From Candidatus Eiseniibacteriota bacterium (GTDB lineage: Bacteria > Eisenbacteria > RBG-16-71-46): a DNA stretch of 64,000 nt. The stretch spans positions 186,556 to 250,555 of the forward strand of contig JBBRLX010000002.1 of the NCBI GenBank assembly GCA_038231135.1. The letters are read 5' to 3'. Position numbers and translations under genes: made by a program. Below, piece after piece: positions 60,801 to 64,000 of the stretch (positions are counted from its first letter, which is position 1; the number at the start of each line of letters is the position of its first letter). Below the pieces are notes generated by a model. That model had not been told where the DNA came from. It worked only from the letters and a program-made list of their open reading frames with translations, and ran no database searches.

Positions 60801-61043
60801 ATACGCCGCGATCGCCAGCGGTCGGGTTCCCGCGCGACCGCGACGCAGCGCCACGGCCGAATCGGCGATCGCCAGGCCGCGCGCCGCGTCACCGCGATCG
60901 AGCGCCGCGCCGAGATGCACTTCGAGCGATTCCGCGCGGGCGGCAGCCCGGACGCCGCCTACAGAGGCCCGGGCCGGTAGCGGCCCGATCAGGATCGCGC
61001 CGCACAGGATCGCCGCGACGGCCGGCGCATGCGCGGCGCTCAT
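57861..61043 (-). CDS. TPR-CHAT domain protein (caspase/HetF-like cysteine protease)
   Basis: Multiple kinesin-light-chain-type TPRs (LNNLG, HPQVAQSLDDLG); CHAT motifs VPDGALHLIPFEAL, HLATHG, VLSACET, SLWSVND, PFFWAPFVLAG. Confidence 0.92.
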   Translation of the reverse strand: MSAAHAPAVAAILCGAILIGPLPARASVGGVRAAARAESLEVHLGAALDRGDAARGLAIADSAVALRRGRAGTRPLAIAAYLDSLALRFFALSEPGGWSAAESCFTRSLALKQRALGRTDPAVALTLGALATLGDYQGHWDVAAVRAQQALDIRLARLGPRDPLVASSRRQLGMLRFQLGQYAAAESLIAASLAGYEALTGDHATQIVDDLNNLGEIERVQDRYDAAERQFRRGLAIARERLPDAVPVRLGLMNNLAGLYRDRAQYADAEPLLEETLRLSERADPPDRVATAVATLNVAEILRMQGRIDEAAPRYGVALTLARGALGNDNPSLTPFVSQAAVSFYEAGRYADAEPLFREALATAERTLGGDHPQVAQSLDDLGRLLERRGAAAAAESTYRRALAIRVMRLGALHPDVAAVRVDLARCLSGAPRPAASAADAELDSALRVLDATPVNPESRLEGHALRSELRRRAGRSADAMTSLAVALDLLDSLRAGRGGGDATRAAFVSQHLGLYHRMVALRLAAGDVEGALQAHERGRARVMRDQVAMTGLDLGAGLPAAERAPLEAEERAARDDIARAQRAIDAARDAGGGAAGRPALQAARDAAARRLEQATTAIEDRSPVWRAVLAANGRPATRDDIRGVLRPGEMLLEYHIGDDASWVFAIDDRGAARAVPLAAGAADAKTLGIAAGPLTAATLEHVIAGDTSRVRALMHPGIAALLSGTATAGAVAPLRGRGAEPPAARPQGHDGAGADPLDAKLEALGRILLPAPVAPSILHAAAAVVVPDGALHLIPFEALVVSNGGKRGVRYWLDDGPPLRYAGSATSLVALERRTPRAASAATGAVALSVSDPQSSMSRWPPLPGTRLEMRAIAATLGAGVDTLTGAAATERAVRARLAGRRIVHLATHGFVTEGRGDVLGGIVLAAPDSADLRSGAADADGLLQLFEIYSLHLDCELAVLSACETAAGARVEGEGVFALSRGFLTAGAERVIASLWSVNDASTATLMGALFRTVPDAMRRGQEPDWALALRQAKRVVRANPGTSAPFFWAPFVLAGVR

Positions 61044-61046
61044 CCG

Positions 61047-61484
61047 CTACTCGCCCAGCGCTTCCAGGTCCGCCAAGTCGCGAGGCCGGCCGACGGCGCG
61101 CTTGTTCGAAATCAGGTCCGCCCTGCTCAGGAATGGGCAGACCAGGGACCCCATCCGGCCATCGACCCGGGTTTTCCAGGATTCGGCGAATGTCAGACCG
61201 GTGCACGAGGTGAGGATATCGATGCGCCTGGGGATCACCCCGATCTGGTACACGAGGTTCTCGCTCGTAAGGTCGGCTTCCCCGAGGTCGGATAGTGGCG
61301 CCCCGAACCTTCGCAATGCATGGATGACCCGGGCGGCATTCTCTGCCGTCGGATCCACCCAGATGTCCAGATCCCCGGTCGCGCGCGGGCGGGCATGGTG
61401 CGCCAGTGCGTATGCTCCAACGATCAGGAACCGCGCGTCAGCGGCGGACAACTCTTGCAACAGAGCGGCAAAGTCCGGGTTCAT
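61047..61484 (-). CDS. Small nucleotidyltransferase (DUF6036/AbiEii-like), putative toxin
   Basis: IVGAYA...PRATGDLDIWV, RIDIL, NKRAVGRPRDLADLEAL. Confidence 0.85.
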   Translation of the reverse strand: MNPDFAALLQELSAADARFLIVGAYALAHHARPRATGDLDIWVDPTAENAARVIHALRRFGAPLSDLGEADLTSENLVYQIGVIPRRIDILTSCTGLTFAESWKTRVDGRMGSLVCPFLSRADLISNKRAVGRPRDLADLEALGE

Positions 61485-61650
61485 CCGGGTTCCATCCCTT
61501 CATTTCCCATTGCTCGACCGTCAGGCGCCAGGTTTCGGCCACCCGCTCGTCGGGCGTCATCGCCAGCCAGTATTCTCGATCGGCACGGTCGCTGTCGGGG
61601 CCCATGCGTAGTTTGCGGGTACTGCGGATCGAAGCACGATGTTCGGTCAT
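61438..61650 (-). CDS. Small partner protein of the nucleotidyltransferase (antitoxin-like)
   Basis: 70 aa, D..YW.AMTPDERV motif typical of small genes preceding this NTase family; overlaps the NTase start by 47 nt. Confidence 0.7.
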   Translation of the reverse strand: MTEHRASIRSTRKLRMGPDSDRADREYWLAMTPDERVAETWRLTVEQWEMKGWNPDEPGLCRSVARVVRR

Positions 61651-61767
61651 GGGCCATCAGAATATCACGTCCGAAGAGCGCGCCACGCGCCGCGCCACCC
61701 AACCGACCCGTCGTTCGTCGACCGCGCGTCGCTGAAGGGGTTCACACCTATGAAACCACGCTCACGG

Positions 61768-62590
61768 ATGAGCAAGATTCTCTGCGTCGTCAACAACAAG
61801 GGCGGCGTCGGCAAAACCCACACCGTTTTTCATCTCGCTGGCGCATTCGCCGACGCTGGGCTGCGCGTCCTCGTCGTTGACCTCGACGCTCAGGCCAACC
61901 TGACGCGCCTCTTCCTCGAAAAAATCCGCCGGCCCACCGGCTACGACGTGCTCGTCGACCAGGCCGAGCTGCGCCACGCGGCGCACCTGACGCTGATTCA
62001 AAACCTCGACATCGTCCCCGCGGATGCGCGCCTGAACCGGCTCGGCTACGCGCTGCAGAACCAGCCCGACCAGCACATCCGTCTGGATACCGCGATCCAC
62101 GAGCGGCAGCAGCAAGAGAACCCCTACGACGTCGTGCTCCTCGACTGCCCGCCCAACCTGGACGCGCACACCACGAATGCGCTGTGTGCAGCGGACGGCG
62201 TCATCATCGCGATGGAGGCGGATCAGTTTTCAGTCGACGGGCTGCAGCAGCTCTTCGAGCTGATCCAGCAGATGCAGCGCGTCAATCGCCGGCTGGTGGT
62301 CGAGGGCATCCTGATCAGTTCTGTACAACTCGCGGCGGGCGATCGAGCAGACGATCGCCAAGACGCTGCGCGTCTCGGCCGGCGTGCCCATGCTCGACGT
62401 CCACATCAAGAACAGCGCGAAGTACCGCGAGTCGATCACCGCCCGCCAGCCATCACCCACTACAAGCCCGGTAGAAGCGAGCAGGCCGCCGCCTTCGAAA
62501 AGCTCGCCCGAACCCTCATCCCGGACGCTCCCAGGGGCTCAAAATTGCCCCAGGGCGCGACTCTCGCCTATGCCAAGCACGATTTTTTGA
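61768..62590 (+). pseudogene. parA: ParA-family ATPase with indels (frameshifted or mis-sequenced)
   Basis: NNKGGVGKT, VDLDAQANL, LDCPPNL; +1 at ~62320 and -1 at ~62451 restore LYNSRR...IKNSAKYRES; removing one T at 62583-62588 gives the stop. Confidence 0.8.
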
Positions 62591-63479
62591 CCCACCCGCC
62601 ACACCACGCCGCAAGAAGCCGAGCGTGCTCGATCTGGCCACCCAAGGCGTCCAGGCGACGCTGACGCGCTCGCACGAGTTGCCCGTCGTGGAACTCTCGG
62701 TCATCGAGCGCGACGGCGTGCGATCGAAGCTTCGACTCGACCGGAGCACGGGGCGTTGCCGCTCAAGCACGTCAAACCCGATTCGAACCAGCCGCACCAG
62801 GTGGACACCAAGTCCCCCGACTTCCGCGACCTTGTGGCGAGCCTCGGCGAGCACGGTGTGATCCAGCCGATCACCGTGCGCTACGTCGAAGGCGACGATT
62901 ATTTCCAGATCGTCGCTGGCGAACGTCGCTACCGTGCCGCGCTCGCTGCAGGACTCGAAGAAATCCCGGCGGTGGTCAAGGACCTCGACGACACCAACAC
63001 TGCCATCCAGCAGATTGAGGAGAACCTTCACCGGGCGAACCTCAACCCGATTGAAGAAGCCGCGGCTATTCGCCGGCTGATGTCCGCGAAGGAGTACACG
63101 CAGCGCCAGGTGGCGTCGAAGATCCACAAACCGGAGTCGTACGTGTCGCAGCTGCTGGCCGTCGAGGAGCGACTCACCCGCCAGGAAAAGACCGCGATCA
63201 CCAAACTTCGTCCGGACACCAGACCCCGAAACTCGGCAGACGATCCTGTTTGGAAAGCTGGACGGCAAGAAAATCACCGTCGCCGGGGCCCGGGCCTCTA
63301 TCGCCGAGAAGAAACGCCCAGCTGGCGGACGTCCAAAATCGAAGATCGTTCAGATCGCCGTCGACGACGTCGGCGCCGTCGTCGCCGTCAGATTTCCGAA
63401 GAAAGCTCGCGTTGCTGATGAGGACGTGCTCTACGCCCTCCAGGCTGCCCGCGCCGCCTTCAAGCGGGACCAATCCTGA
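62570..63479 (+). pseudogene. parB: ParB/RepB/Spo0J-family protein with indels
   Basis: GVIQPITV, IVAGERRYRAA, EENLHRANLNPIEEA, HTH TQRQVA..IHKPESYVS; frame changes at ~62585, ~62755 and ~63225. Confidence 0.8.
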
Positions 63480-63559
63480 CATGGGACCCGTGGCGCGGAG
63501 CTCGCCCGAAGGGTTGTCCGAGCGCCGCGCCATGACTCTCAGCAAATAATTCAAACCCA

Positions 63560-63739
63560 ATGGCCGACCCCACGACACCGCCGGACGACGAGCAACGCAA
63601 GGAACTCGAGAGCTACTACGCCAACCTTTCGGCTGACGAGCGGTGTAACCGCATCGTTCTCGAGCCCACCTTCCGAGACGCGTACAACGAGATCATCCAA
63701 GCGCACCAGGTCGTGCAGCTCCCACTTTATTTTTGGGGG
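63560..63739 (+). pseudogene. 5' part of a hypothetical (possibly replication-initiator-like) gene interrupted by ISL3
   Basis: Coding-like MADPTT...DAYNEIIQAHQVVQLPLYFW ends at the IS end; third gene after parAB. Confidence 0.45.
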
Positions 63740-64000
63740 GGCTTCCGACTTTGGTGTGGCTGAAGAAGGTGGCGTGAGGGCCTGATAAGCTGAGCGCGGA
63801 CCCTGAACCCAAGGACGCGCGATGACGATCGACAGCCGGACCCTGTACACGACGCTGCCGGGCCTGACGCCGCCGTGGGAGATCACGGACGTGGAAGTGA
63901 AGCAGCCGCCAGGCGAAGTTCACATCCGGGTGGCGTTGCCGGACGACACGCTGTGGGTGTGTCCCGAGTGCGGCACCACCGCCCCGATCCACGATCACCA
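63740..64000 (+). mobile_element. ISL3-family insertion sequence, left end (truncated by the window)
   Basis: Begins GGCTTCCG shortly after AT-rich TTTATTTTT; followed by the transposase start; exact end uncertain within the G-run. Confidence 0.7.
63822..64000 (+). CDS. ISL3-family transposase, N-terminal part (absent from the ORF track)
   Basis: MTIDSRTLYTTLPGLTPPWEITDVEV...WVCPECGTTAPIHDH: GL..PW.I..V and CP.CG...HD zinc-finger start of ISL3 transposases. Confidence 0.85.
   Translation, partial: MTIDSRTLYTTLPGLTPPWEITDVEVKQPPGEVHIRVALPDDTLWVCPECGTTAPIHDH

Noticed and set aside
61738..61757. parS site upstream of parA (GGTTCACACCTATGAAACC)
   Set aside because: Imperfect palindrome that does not fit the TGTTTCACGTGAAACA consensus; single copy in a possibly error-prone region
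62310..62460. Programmed double frameshift in parA
   Set aside because: No slippery heptamer or stimulatory structure seen; neighbouring indels point to sequencing error

Overview
Very GC-rich bacterial chromosomal window, densely coding. The gene content (large secreted proteins ending in a FlgD-Ig/T9SS-CTD-like domain, plus a TWGxIK-type C-terminal tail) suggests an FCB-related candidate lineage such as Ca. Eisenbacteria; this is inference, not a database result. Bases 1-27200 are mostly minus-strand housekeeping genes: an ECF-type tandem ATPase, larC, larB, dusB, a HAD phosphatase, ctpA, tmk, ino1, a PIP-synthase-like CDP-alcohol transferase, rsmI, ltaE, HU/IHF, ilvC, a TPR protein, an HD hydrolase, priA, tsaD and cutA. 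Between tsaD and priA lies a three-gene c-di-GMP module (REC-GGDEF; GAF-histidine kinase-GAF-HD-GYP fusion; single REC) behind a sigma28-like promoter. The middle holds an HzsA-like heme protein, an NtrB/NtrC-type pair with a sigma54 promoter upstream of a methyltransferase, two giant secreted repeat proteins, modA, two PPIases and a dGTPase. The right end has a TPR-CHAT protease downstream of a small-protein/nucleotidyltransferase pair, then a lower-GC, indel-ridden parA-parB-rep-like cluster cut by an ISL3 element. Notable non-coding structures are a 122-nt palindrome with tandem G-A pairs upstream of ctpA and a ~190-nt nested-stem candidate RNA at 30661-30850. No rRNA, tRNA or CRISPR array was seen. 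All product calls are from motif recognition by eye.
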